From the NCBI GenBank assembly GCA_951406725.2, contig OX597825.1:6944001-7008000 (forward strand): a stretch of 64,000 bases of DNA, written 5' to 3'. Position numbers and translations under genes: made by a program. Numbering within the stretch: position 1 is the first letter of the stretch; every line of letters starts with the position of its first letter. Positions 25,835 through 37,456 of this stretch are shown here, piece by piece. The notes under the pieces are model-generated. The model made no database searches. It was given only the letters and a program-made list of their open reading frames with translations, and had not been told where the DNA came from. This stretch comes from Octopus vulgaris. Taxonomy: Eukaryota.

Positions 25835-27127
25835 AGAGTGAGAAAGATGAAGTAGAACAATGTCAATTTTAAAATTATATTCATTCACTTAAACACAATT
25901 TCAATTTGTTTTTAGGACTGAAAATAGGATGGTTGAGGTTAGGATGTTAAAAATCTAAATAATGTCAATAAAACATCCATGAATTTCCCTAATAAGATGT
26001 TACTGTATTCATGTTAAGTTAATAAATTCTTGTTATCTGATGGTCAAAAATATAAAATAAAATCAGGTGAAATATTAAAAAATATAAAAAAAACTACAGA
26101 AGCTTGTTGTGTTAGATACATATCAAATTAAGAAATAATTTTCCTAGCCAGTGTCATTGCCAGACATTGGCTAGAACCTCTCCCTACTAACCAACCCCAA
26201 AGCAATTTTTAATGATTTTCAACTCCGTGTTTTGCTGACTTTAACACTATAAACATTATGTTTTACAAAGTCAGCTCTTACATCTTGTCCAGTATTGGTT
26301 CTATATACAAATCTAATCATTTAAAGAGAGCAAAATAGAGAGACAAACTGACGGTCCGGTTTGTTTGATTTCTTCTCATGATTGGACAACCTTAGCTCTA
26401 TTTATTATCTATGTTAGACAAATATATAGATTATTAAGTGTTATTGATGTGGTCTTATTTCCTTAATAATTAGAATAAATTAAGCTGAATTGATCCCTTT
26501 CGTTGGCCTCAATTTCAGCTGGGTTGGTTAAAATAAGCTGTTACTCTATAAATGTAGAAATGAATAAAATATCTTCAACTTGTTTTGCGTAATTGCCGTT
26601 TTGAGTGCCAAGACTTACTAAATTCCTCTTTGTCTATTAAAGTAATTCTTTTTTTCTGGTTAAATCAGTAAAATTTTCCAGTTGAAATTCAAATTGAATA
26701 ATTTGATTAATCACTCAATCGCTGCTGCTCTTTGTAAAGTCAAAGTCGATACACATTAGTAATGGTTAATGCAGCTAAGTTAATCAAGTGGCACATTCCT
26801 CAAAGCAACAGCCGAGATTATCAATTAGCAGATAAATGATATACATTCTAAGAAGACTGTGGCAATGCGAAAACCTCACCTACTGATTTATTTAATTTCC
26901 TGTTCCAAAAACTCTGTGCAAGTTTTCGTTTACAGAAAGACGGCAAATGTTGTTTGGTTCTTAGTTTTAAGACAGAGATGGTTGCAGAGAGGATGTTTGA
27001 ATTGGTTCATCCTGACATTCACATTACCATGATGTGTGTGTGTGTGTGTGTGTGTGCATGTGTGTGTGTGCACATGCATGTGTGTATGTGCATGCACATG
27101 TGTGTGTGTGCGTCTTTACTTTCAGAG

Positions 27128-27350
27128 TTCATCATCATCATCATTAGCATCATCGTTTAACGTCCGCTTTCCATGCTAGCATGAGTTGGACGATTTGACT
27201 GAGGTCTGGCAAACCAGATGGCTGCACCAGGCTCCAATCTGATCTGGCAGTTTCTACAGCTGGATGCCCCTCCCAATGCCAACCACTCCGAGAGTGTAGT
27301 GGGTGCTTTTACGTGCCACCAGCATGGGGGTCAGCCAGGCGGTACTGGCA
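27128..27350 (-). mobile_element. RTE-LINE 3' end
   Basis: Closely similar to 10170-10386. Confidence 0.9.
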
Positions 27351-27379
27351 AAGAACTCGCTTGGATCTTTTTACACATG

Positions 27380-27530
27380 CCAAATTCCACTAAAGCTGGC
27401 CTTGCCTTTCATCCTCTCAGGGGTCGCTAAATTAACTACCAGTTGAGCCCTGGGGTTGATGCAATTGACATACCTCATCCCACAAATTTCAGGCCTTGTG
27501 TCTATAATAGAAAGGATTATTATTATCATT
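27380..27530 (+). mobile_element. SINE family B, 5'-truncated, (ATT)n tail
   Basis: GCCTTTCATCCTCTCAGGGGTCG...GGCCTTGTGTCTATAATAGAAAGGATTATT. Confidence 0.8.
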
Positions 27531-27548
27531 ATTATTATTATTATTATT

Positions 27549-27584
27549 ATTGAGTGAGTGAGATAGCAGTGCATGCCATCAAAG
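27549..27584 (-). mobile_element. Extreme 3' end of the (TAA)n-associated LINE-like repeat seen at 48366-48778
   Basis: Reverse complement CTTTGATGGCATGCACTGCT..CTCACTCAAT matches 48748-48779. Confidence 0.75.
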
Positions 27585-27800
27585 TTCGATTCCAGGCTGT
27601 GACCTGAATAATTATAATAATAATAATAATAACAACAACAACAACAACGTCGAAAAATACCTTAGAAATTAGAACCCAGGTTCGAAATTTCCCCAAGACA
27701 CCTGAAGAAGGCTGGAGGGTATATCAGCTGAAACGTTGTGTTAACAACAAACAAGATGAGGACAAATCTCCGTCAAATGTAAATAATGTAAATAATGTAT
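27584..27800 (+). mobile_element. tRNA-head/hammerhead element, copy 1 (head truncated to B box)
   Basis: GTTCGATTCCAGGCTGTGACCTG, (AAT/AAC)n, CGAAAAATACCTTAG..., hammerhead, (AATGTAAAT)n; homologous to 44555-44807. Confidence 0.85.
27697..27742 (+). ncRNA. Minimal type-I hammerhead ribozyme
   Basis: Stem I GACAC/GTGTT; core CTGAAGA plus extra A; stem II GGCTGG/AGGGTATA/TCAGCT; GAAA; palindromic stem III (AACGTT); GUU cleavage triplet. Confidence 0.75.
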
Positions 27801-27804
27801 CATT

Positions 27805-28370
27805 CACTGAGTTAGTGATTAGAGTTTTATCTTGAACAATCATCAACAAACCCTCCATTTCTCTATTTAAATTTCCAGCCTTGAGCCACTCTTCCATGGT
27901 GGGTCGTGATCTTTCACATTCTTGGTGTCTCCCTGGAATTGTCTATGTAAATGCATTTCTCCAAGCATTTAATTTCTTTTACTAATTATCTTGATTCGTT
28001 ATGCTAGCTTCTCTTCAACACAAGCCCAACTTCTGTAGCAGCAGGTTTAAGAAGTTCTCTTTCAATATTTATAAGGTGGTCATTTCCTGAACTTTGCTCT
28101 CCAGTAACATGATTTGAAATGTTAATAAAGCCTCCCTACCCCCAACTCTTATACAAACAATTGATATTCACCTTTGGATAAAACACTCCATGTATAATTA
28201 GTCTTTCCTCTTGTGAGTTTCTCAGTTATCCATTTCATTATTCCGGCTCTATAACACTTGACATCAACCAATCATATGTTCATTGTATTCTTCATCATCA
28301 TTATTATAGCAAGAATTTTCTTATATCAACATTAACAAATGTGTCTTGGAGAACATCATTGAGATTAATA
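27805..28370 (-). pseudogene. R4/Dong-type (RLE) non-LTR retrotransposon remnant, post-RT region
   Basis: Minus-strand fragments LIIHGVFYPKVNINCLYKSWG*GGFIN and EWLKAGNLNREMEGLLMIVQDKTLITN match HPKAxVxRLYxxRxxGGRGL and WLxxGxLKxETEGxxxAAQDQxLxTN; frameshifted. Confidence 0.75.
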
Positions 28371-28382
28371 AATTAATATAGA

Positions 28383-28803
28383 GGCACAGGAGTGGCTGTG
28401 TGGTAAGTAGCTTGTCTACCAACCACAAGGTTCCGGGTTCAGTCCCACTGTGTGGCACCTTGGGTAAGTGTCTTCTACTATAGCCTCGGGCCGACCAAAG
28501 CCTTGTGAGTGGATTTGGTAGACGGAAACTGAAAGAAGCCCGTCGTACATATGTATATATATATATATATATGCGTGTGTGTGTTTGTGTGTCTGTGTTT
28601 GTCCCCTAGCATTGCTTGACAACCGATGCTGGTGTGTTTATGTCCCCGTCACTTAGCGGTTCGGCAAAAGAGACCGATAGAATAAGTACTGGGCTTACAA
28701 AAGAATAAGTCCCGGGGTCGAGTTTCTCGAGTAAAGGCAGTGCTCCAGCATGGCTGCAGTCAAATGACTGAAACAAGTAAAAGAGTAAAAAGAGTAAAGA
28801 GTA
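28383..28803 (+). mobile_element. SINE family A, young full-length copy with TATAGA target-site duplication
   Basis: A box TGGCTGTGTGG, B box GGTTCAGTCC, CORE-like CCTTGGGTAAGTGTCTT, CpGs retained; TATAGA at 28377-28382 and 28802-28807. Confidence 0.95.
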
Positions 28804-29051
28804 TAGAAATGTCCAACCATTTTTACAGAACCCAGTATCACTATTTTCTGTAAATATCTATCCTTGTAGGTTATCTAAAATATCTTTACAGAAGTGATTG
28901 TCTACCAATCCACATGTGCCAATTACAAATGGGATGATAGATGTAATCCTTAACCATCTTAACGTATCTTAAATTCAGCATCTAGGTTAGTGTAATTCTT
29001 TAGCTTCTCAACTCATTTATACGAGACATTAGGCTAATTTAGAATTTGACA

Positions 29052-29430
29052 GGGCACTCCGTCGGTTATGACGACGAGGGTTCCAGTTGATCCGATCAAT
29101 GGAACAGCCTACTCATGAAATTAACGTGCAAGTGGCTGAGCACTCCACAAACATGTGTACCCTTAACATAATTCTTGGGGAGATTCAGCGTGAGACAGAG
29201 TGTAACAAGGTTGGACCTTTGAAATACAGGTACAACAGAAATAGGAAGAAAGAGTGAGAGAAAGTTGTGATGAAAGAATACAGCAGGGTTTGCCACCCCC
29301 CTCCTAGAGTCTCCTGGAGCTTTATATGTTTTTGCTCAATAAGCACTCACAACGCCTGGTCTGGGAATTGAAACCATGATCCTATGACTGCGAGTCCACT
29401 GCCCTAACCACTGGGCCATTGTGCCTTCAC
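29052..29430 (-). mobile_element. tRNA-derived SINE family D
   Basis: Minus-strand start GTGAAGGCACAATGGCCCAGTGGTTAGGGCAG (A box), B-box-like GGTTTCAATTCC, end GATCGGATCAACTGGAACCCTCGTCGTC..GACGGAGTGCCC. Confidence 0.85.
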
Positions 29431-29459
29431 AATTTAGTGCTTATATATTGATTATTGGT

Positions 29460-29772
29460 AAGGCAAGGAGCTGGTAGAATTGTTTGTGCACCAGTCAAAA
29501 TGGTCAGCTGCATTTCATTCATCTTTATGTTCTGAGTTCAAATTCTGCTGAGGTCAACTTTGCCTTTCATTCTTTTGGAGGTGTCGATAAAATAAGTACC
29601 AGTTATGTAGTGGGGGATGAACTAATTGATTGGCTCCCTCCCCCCAAAATTTTGAGCCTTGTGCCTAGAGTAGAAAAGAATAAAATAAGTACCAGTTAAA
29701 CACTGGGTTTAGTGTAATTGACAAAACCTCTCCTGAAGGATTGCTGGCCTCGTGCCAAAATATGAAACCAAT
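29460..29772 (+). mobile_element. SINE family B with duplicated 3' module
   Basis: ATAAAATAAGTACCAGTTA...GCCT(T/C)GTGCC occurs twice. Confidence 0.8.
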
Positions 29773-30243
29773 ATAGAGATTATTAGTATATCCTATATGC
29801 TAAGTAGGAGTCTAGTTCACATGAGTACACTGGTACCACTGAGCTTTCCCCTCTCAAACATTGAAACCAAAAGGCCATCTGGGTGTTAAACAACTTTGCT
29901 ATGTCATGGTATCTCCAAGTATTCCTGAGATCTAATGTTACACTCCTGACGCAGAGTGTTGTATCGTTTAGTTCCATAACATAAATCATATTGGTGTTAT
30001 CCATCATCTCTTCCGTAGAAACTATAGACATTATTCTCAATATGTTTAATGGTGAATGCTGTTGTTTCTGCTCCTCCAGTCAGATTGCATTTGTTTATTC
30101 AGGCCAAAGTTTAACACTGAACGGTACATTGCACTGATAATTGATTTCCCACTTTTTGAAAATAATCCAGTCGACAGTGGCTTATGGTAGGTTCTTTTGT
30201 CAGTTAAGAAGTTAGTAGAAAGCATTTATCTCTGTCTTTTTAA

Positions 30244-30822
30244 CCCTTTGGCATTGGTCTATCTAGATTACTCTGTCAAATGTAACGCTTATTTATTCAC
30301 ATGTTTTCAATTAATATCGTACATGTTCTTGTAGCACTGAGATTTTGATGATGAGATCGTTTATTTTTTGACTGATATTCAGGGGTAAGGGTCAGGCCAG
30401 ATCTGGGCTATTTGAATATAAAACAGGTAGAATATTTGGGTGGATGCTGAGACCCTGCTTCGGTCATGACTGACCACAGGATTGCACCTAGGAAGTTACC
30501 CTCTGAGGCACAAGTCTGGGCAAGGTTTTTTATTGAAGTTCAGCAGTCGCCCATGCATACCAGCCTCCCCTCTCCACACCATTGATGTTATCCAAGGGAA
30601 AGGTGAAGGGGCCGATACAGCTTGGCACCTGTGATGTCGCAACTCATTTCTACAGCTGAGTGAACTGGAGCAACATGAAATGAAGTGTCTTGCTTAAGAA
30701 CATAACACGCAGCTCGGTCCGGGATTCGAACCCACAACCTCGCAATTGTAAGCTCAACGCTCTAACCACTGAGCCATGTGCCTTCACAACCGGTGGATAC
30801 AACCAGTTTAAATGCAAAAGGG
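30244..30822. mobile_element. piggyBac-like MITE interrupted by a SINE
   Basis: TTAA|CCCTTTGGCATT ... AATGCAAAAGGG|TTTAA; 11/12 inverted-repeat match. Confidence 0.7.
30446..30787 (-). mobile_element. tRNA-derived CORE-like SINE family E with GGTGGAT target-site duplication
   Basis: A box TGGCTCAGTGG, B box GGTTCGAATCC, TTCTTAAGCAAGACACTTCATTTCA; GGTGGAT at 30439-30445 and 30792-30798. Confidence 0.88.
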
Positions 30823-31414
30823 TTTAACTTTACTCTAGCACTCAATACCCTACCAATGCCCTACAATTCTTGGGTTGTATGGTTGTGGACTGTTAAATTT
30901 ATTTATTGAAAGCAGTCATACCTAACCTCGCTCAGGTTTATAGATGCCTACAATAAATACAATCTTATGAATTCACTACATTTTGAATAAATTACTTTTA
31001 AAAGATGGAGACAATCTTCAATTCATTAAGAAATATCAATCATCAGAAATAATGCATCAAAACAACCAGATAAATGTTTTAGCGGAATTTCAGAAAAATG
31101 GGCCAAAAATAAATATAAATATAAAATGTAAATAAAATTCTACTCTTACATTTTTTAATTTTCTCAGAAAACATTTGTTTTCAAAATACTCTATTAATTT
31201 TCATAATTACTTTAAGAATGACTTTTCCAATCAGTAACATTTTTCAGTGTCTGTTGCAGTGATTTGTGGTATATAAATATTTGTAATTTTTCTGTCTGGA
31301 GTTTAAAATTTCAGGAAAAGTCGAATTGTCTGTGACCTTTTTCTCAAATAGATATTCCTCTCTGCAAAATTTAAACTGCCTATGTACACAAGTTTAGTGT
31401 ACAAGGCAGAACAT

Positions 31415-31452
<38 letters not shown>

Positions 31453-31525
31453 CTCCAATTACTTTTGTATGTTAAAATGGGTTGCTTTCTTAAAAGACTG
31501 TGATTACAGCCTATGTAATAGAGGT

Positions 31526-31540
31526 ATAATAATAATAATG

Positions 31541-31583
<43 letters not shown>

Positions 31584-31784
31584 TGATAATAATAATGATA
31601 ACATTGAAAAATACCTTAGGAATGAGAACTCAGGTTCGAAATTTCCCCTTAGACACCTGATGAAGGCTGGAGGGGATATCAGCCAAAATGTGTTAATAAC
31701 AAACAAGATGAGGACAAATATCCGTCTAATGTAAATAATGTTAATAATGTACATAATTCCTCATCTCTTAAATAAAGAACTGTA
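31526..31784 (+). mobile_element. tRNA-head/hammerhead element, copy 2 (headless, GAAA mutated)
   Basis: (TAA)n then GAAAAATACCTTAGGAATGAGAAC...GACACCTGATGAAGGCTGG..TCAGCCAAAA. Confidence 0.85.
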
Positions 31785-32419
31785 TTGACACTTTTCTGTT
31801 ACTAGAATAGATTTTTTGGCAGAATCATGTTTTTTTTTTTGGTGGGGTGGAATTGATGAAATAAGTTTCTGAAAAATACTGGAGGAATTTCAATTGTCGC
31901 TTACTGTTTATTTCCTTCTAATATAGTTTACCTTGTGCCAAATTAAATGAAGACGGAAAAGAGATATTTTAGTTGAAGTACATTTGTTTAGATTTAAGGA
32001 GATGTGAAGACGAAGTTCAGGTGGGTCAAGAGAATAAAATAAACTAAGAGAGAAGCGGAACAAAAATATTTTACATTACCAAATACATCAGATGGAAGCA
32101 CCTCTTGACACTTACCTGAAAGCAAAGTAAAAAAAAGTTGTATTAGTATTTTGTTATTTACAAATAACTATTTTTTGGCTTTTCTTAACAATTTCAAGAC
32201 AATTTTTCTATTTAGCTTAAGTGAGGGGAGACATTTGGATCAGTTGCAAAAACCATACATTTTTTTTTTTTTTTCTTCTATATTTCAATCCTGAAGGAAA
32301 CTGAAAATAATGATTCAATCATATATCTGTCTCTTCATTGCAATTCCTTCCATAAATACAGAAATGGATACCTTCTGAACACTTGGCAGCTTTTATAGAT
32401 CTAAGACATTACATTCATT

Positions 32420-32689
32420 TTTTTTTATCTGTTACTAGTTTCAGTCATTAGACTGTGGCCATGCTGGGGCACTACCTTGATGTTTTAGTATATATATATA
32501 TATATATCGTTGGCGATTTTTTTCCTCTGTCTTCCCTTCTCTGGATCTTTCCTTCACCTATGTTTCCGACAAAGAGCTCCGCTCGAAACGTTAAACCCTC
32601 CTTCTTTCCTTCTTTCCTGAGCGTCCAATAATACTATATTTGTTCCACGTCCTCGCGTTGTTGTTTTTTTTGTGCTTTCTTGTTTGGAT

Positions 32690-32750
<61 letters not shown>

Positions 32751-32897
32751 GATGGGCTTCTTTCAGTTTCCATCAACCAAATCCACTCACAAGGCTATAG
32801 TAGAAGACACCTGCTCAAGGTGCCATGCAATGAGACTGAACCCAGAACCATGTGGTTGGGAAGAAAGCTTCTTATCTCACAGCAACATCTGTGCTTA
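32420..32897 (-). mobile_element. SINE family A split by (TA)n and a hammerhead-type insert
   Basis: Tail at 32420-32480, head/body at 32750-32897. Confidence 0.75.
32507..32695 (+). mobile_element. ~190-bp hammerhead-bearing repeat (family 2) in (TA)n
   Basis: 32562-32596 GTTT-CCGACAA-A-GAGC/TCC/GCTC-GAAA-CGTT-AAAC (core mutated); flanks homologous to 55865-56050. Confidence 0.7.
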
Positions 32898-32999
32898 TAT
32901 GTTGAAATAAACAACACAAGTATAGAAGGCTTTATGGTTGCAAATATAAACAGAGACATGGTGACCCACAAACTGGAACTCAACAACAACAACAAATGG

Positions 33000-33115
33000 T
33001 TGCATGAAATGTCTTCTGCATGCTTTTTGCTGTACATTGATAACATCTTGGAAACTAAAGGTGCTCTAGCTGAGTGCCGCAATGAGTTTGAAAGATGGAA
33101 AATGGTACTAGAATG
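33000..33115 (+). pseudogene. Highly degenerate RTE-type reverse transcriptase fragment
   Basis: LLYIDNIL...EFERWKMVLE resembles LLYADDI...LExWKxxLE. Confidence 0.4.
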
Positions 33116-33199
33116 CATTGCTGCTAGATACATTCATCTTTGAACCATGGCACTGTAAAGAGTTCTTGAGCTAATTCTAACTTTTGCAGCACTTAGGTA

Positions 33200-33711
33200 C
33201 TGTAAATCCTCGAGTATAACCCGCATTTTCCCCCCAAAATTTAAAGGTCAAAATCCCTAGTGCGTACTATATACGAGGTTAAAAATGAAAATTATTTTCT
33301 AAGCAATGTCCGAGTCTCTATTTGCTGTCCGGCAATGTTTTTTCAGATGCATTTTGTGATCTCAGGTGTGAAAATATCTTAAGCTAAGCCTGAAAGCAAG
33401 GAAGTCATAAAAGAATCATCCATAACTTGCAGTAAGCAACATTTATTAAACGTTATTACTGTTATTTCTTCATTTTCTGCAAACAAAATGCATAAAAAAG
33501 CTACACGTTTGCATTATGTTATATATACAATAATAATAAAGGACGTTACTGTATACAGTTTTACAAACCAAGGATATTATATAGACCTCCTTGACTCAAG
33601 TTAGAGAAGGGGTGCGTATTATACACAAGGTTTAGGTTTTTCAGAGGTACAGCCCCCTAAAAATCCCTTGTGTATTATACTCAAGGGCGGACTATACTCG
33701 AGGATTTACGA
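33200..33711. mobile_element. Tc2/pogo-like (Tc1/mariner superfamily) MITE, TA TSD
   Basis: TA|CTGTAAATCCTCGAGTATA ... TATACTCGAGGATTTACGA|TA; subterminal repeats resembling GTGCGTATTATAC-CGAGG. Confidence 0.85.
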
Positions 33712-33876
33712 TACTTGATATGATTGTAATTAGGTAGGAATGTCAGTGAGTATGCTGAAGGTTTTAAACTTGATGAATGTTTTAACAGCTAAGATGGAGA
33801 TAAGAGAGAAGTTGCAGGAGAGAGAATCGGGAAGAAAAACAGAGAAAGGAAAAGCGACAGGAAAAGATACTTGTGC

Positions 33877-33919
<43 letters not shown>

Positions 33920-34727
33920 AGAGAGAGAGAGAGAAAGAGAGAGATAATGTGGGAGAGAAAGAGAAAGAGAGTTGGACAGACAGACATATAAACAGACGTT
34001 TACACACACATACACTGTTAAACAGACGGAAAGACAGACACACAGAGAAGTAGATAGAAATATAAGTAAAAAAGTAGAGAGAGAGAGGGGGGGATTGAGA
34101 AGAGAAAGAAATTAGTTACAAAAAAATTGTTAGAAGGTTCCAAATCAATAGAGGCACACGATATGGTTAATTAAATACTTTTATTTATTTTTTTTTTCAA
34201 TTTTCAAAATGTTAGCTTTAATAAAATCAATATCTTTTATTATAGTCAAAAATCGATACCAATGCTAAATCATTAATTTACACACCACTTTCGACTTCAT
34301 TATTGAAAATGCTTCTCACCGGCCGCATTAAGCTCTCAATGACTTAACTTGCCTTAAACACTTTACAATATTCAGCATATATTATTATCATTATTATTAT
34401 CATTATTATTATTATTGTTATTATTATTATTATTATTATTATTGCTATTATAGATATTATTATTTTTAGTGATTTAACAAAATGCCTTTTGGCATTTGTT
34501 CTAACTCTTTACATTCTAATTTCAAATCCCACAGAGGCCAACGTTCTCTTTCATCGTCCTGGGGTACAAGAAGTGGGGGATCAATAAAATAAAGTGACAA
34601 TCAAACATTACAAGCAGCTTAATTGACTGCCGACCCCTCTCTCAAATTGCTGGCCTTGTGCTCTTGCTGTCTGTATTTAAAGCTCTTTGAAGATATCGTT
34701 ATGAAAGAATTATCATTATTATTATTA

Positions 34728-34780
<53 letters not shown>

Positions 34781-35694
34781 GTGGATTGTATTATTAGGTG
34801 GGAACTATGTGGAACACATGATCTGGGAGTTGTTATAGTATCTGGTATCAATTATGGAACAATATATATTCCATTATTTTATTGTTTGCTGCTTATATTG
34901 TTTCATAGAGTTACGTGTTGTGTGAATCATATCATTTTATTGGGTGACAATTATTAAGGAATCCGTTGAGTGCCGAGAATGATTTATATGAGTTGTAGCA
35001 TTGATCTGAAAGTGTCTTGCACAAGATAAAGCTTGTATCCAACAGACTAACCTGTGTGAACTAGAAATGGTTTCAGTGTTTTTCTTCATATTCTTCTCTT
35101 CTTGTCTCACTCAGTGTTGTAATTTTTATTAAAACCATTTCCACATTCCTGTTGTACATCTTGCACTTTTTCAATTTCGAGATTCTCATTCTTTGATCAT
35201 TCCACCATTTCCTTCTTCGCAGTGTTTTGCCCAGAATGGATCAAGATGTTTATCACAGTAGAAACATTTTTTTTCGTTCCAATTCTTATTTTATCTTGAT
35301 GGTTCCCTTTGATCTTCTTAGTCTTGAAAGACATATTCCTAAGGATTATGGTCAAGTTGTCATGTGTTATGTCAAGTACATTTCACTTCTTATTTTTCCA
35401 TTCCTGTTTTGGTCAATTGCCCAGCAATACAACTTTCCATTATTTTTGCTCTTGTTCCTGGCTAAGCTTTGAACTTACACAGCTAAAATCAAATCTACTT
35501 TAGGCCAGAAATTTGAGACCCAGTTGGTTTTCATTCAATTTAACTTTGGCATCCGTTCATCAGAGTGCTATAAATTAAGTTCCAGCTGACTACTAGTATC
35601 AATTTAATCGACTATAACTCTCCACCACTCAAATTGCGGTTTTGGTCATGGTCACCCTTGAGTAGAAGTTAGGTCAAAAACCTCAATAAACATG

Positions 35695-36254
35695 GGCATG
35701 GCTGTATGGTAAGAAGCTTGATATCCAACCAAATGGCTTCACATGGCAAGTGTCTTCTACTATAGCCTTCAGCAGACCAAAGCCATGTGAGTGGATTTGG
35801 TAGATGGAAATTGAAAGAAGCCCATCATATATACAGGGTGGCCCAAACGTAGGTCTACGGTTATCCTGTAGGCACTTTAAATTTCTTTTAAAACATTTTA
35901 TTACCTTTAAATTTCTATCTTACAATTAACTAAGTTAGCATAGAATAATTGCTTCATATTTTTCTATAATTAAGATCTAAACTGCTAATATGTGTGTTCT
36001 TTCATCAACAGCCATTATTTTTTTCCTTTCTCATTATTCTTTTCAAATCATTCACTTCCTTTGTCTAAGATAGAGTTAAAGACAGAGAAACAGTGGAGAG
36101 GAAGAGTAGACAAGTTAAAAAAACAAAAAAACAATAGTGTGGAACTAAGAATTTATGGCCAATGGTCATATGAAAATAAAGGAGATAGTTGAATAAATGT
36201 AAATCTGCTTTTGGGCCACCCTGTATATACTATATACATGCATATGTGTGTGTG

Positions 36255-36298
<44 letters not shown>

Positions 36299-36500
36299 TG
36301 TGTGTATGTGTGTCTTTGTGTCTGTGTTTGTCCCCCACTACTGCTTGACAACAAGTGCTGGTGTGTTTACATCCCTGTAACTTAGCCATTTGGCAAAAGA
36401 TAAGTACCAGGCTTAAAAAAATTAAGTACTGGGGCTAACAATTCTTCGAGGCAGTGCTCCAGCATGGCCGCAGTCTAATCACTGAAACTAGTAAAAGGTA
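35695..36500 (+). mobile_element. SINE family A interrupted by a MITE
   Basis: Head/body 35695-35830, 3' half 36290-36500. Confidence 0.85.
35834..36223. mobile_element. Tc1/mariner MITE, TA TSD, containing a duplicated local segment
   Basis: TA|CAGGGTGGCCCAAACGTAGGTCTAC ... GTAAATCTGCTTTTGGGCCACCCTG|TA. Confidence 0.88.
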
Positions 36501-36619
36501 AAACAAAATCCTTATCTTTGCCAGTCATCATCGATGAATGTCCAAAGATGGATTGAACTTCTGTGATATTTGTGCTCTTGAAAAGAGTATGGAATAATAC
36601 AGTTTTTCATTTTAACTTT

Positions 36620-36765
36620 CCGAGTTTAAATTCCACCAAGGCCGACTTTGCCTTTCATCCTTTTAGGGTCGATAAATTAAGTACCAGTTGCATACTGGGG
36701 TTGGTGTAATTGACTGGTCCCCTTCCCCAAAATCTCGAGCCTTGTACCTAGAGTAGAAAAGTATA
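36620..36765 (+). mobile_element. SINE family B, 5'-truncated
   Basis: GACTTTGCCTTTCATCCTTTTAGGGTCGATAAATTAAGTACCAG. Confidence 0.85.
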
Positions 36766-37456
36766 ATTCCTGGTTGCTTTGTTAGTTATTTAATTTCACT
36801 CACAGAAACACACACATGTACACATACTCATGCACGCACACACACACACACACACATATATATATGTGTGTGTGTGTGTGTTTGAACTTATGTATATGTA
36901 TGTTATTTGTTTACATTTGCTCCTCTTCAAAAATCATGGGATGCAGATAAAAGTTATTTCCAGTCTCCTGTTGACAAACCATCTGCTATCTTCACGACTT
37001 CATACAGTCATAGGAAAACAATAAGGGTTAGAGGCAGGAAATGCATTAAGCTGAAAAAATGCTTCAATAATATATTCATCTAACCAATGCTAACATGGAA
37101 AAAATGAATGTAAAAACAAATGAACAAATAAATGAGCTTAAAAGACAATCAGGTGTTAGTGGAACTATTCAGCATTGTGTCTGCAAATGTATTTCAATTT
37201 AAAGCAGAAAAGAATTAAGAATGTTTCTACTTTACACTGCTGTCAATTGACTCTGGATGCCAACTACTGTCTGGGTATATTACTTACTTATCTTTAATAA
37301 TTTACAAGACACCATACAGATATGGGTTACAGAGAGACAGGAAGTAAAAGAGAGAGGGAAAAAAATGGAAGAGAAAGAAAACACACTCGTGACAAATTTT
37401 TCTCAAGAATTTAATAAAGAAAACAGAAAATCAAATAAAATAATTCCCAGTGAGTT

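Larger units (their letters stand above)
28805..30130 (-). pseudogene. R4/Dong-type element remnant (zinc-knuckle region and RLE C-terminus) interrupted by two SINEs
   Basis: 28805-29010: EKLKNYTNLDAEF, IIPFVIGTCGLV, LQKIVILGSVKMV (RLE C-terminal pattern); 29880-29970: frameshifted TIQHSASG..QEYL..HDIAK resembling ETIxHIxSGC..EY..RHDxVAK. Confidence 0.65.

Noticed and set aside
26144-26520. Short hairpins at 26144-26174 and 26483-26520 as miRNA precursors
   Set aside because: Stems of 11-12 bp are too short and expected by chance
30715-30787. tRNA gene calls for SINE heads (also 29360-29430, 44555-44630)
   Set aside because: A/B boxes present but acceptor stems incomplete and heads continue into SINE bodies
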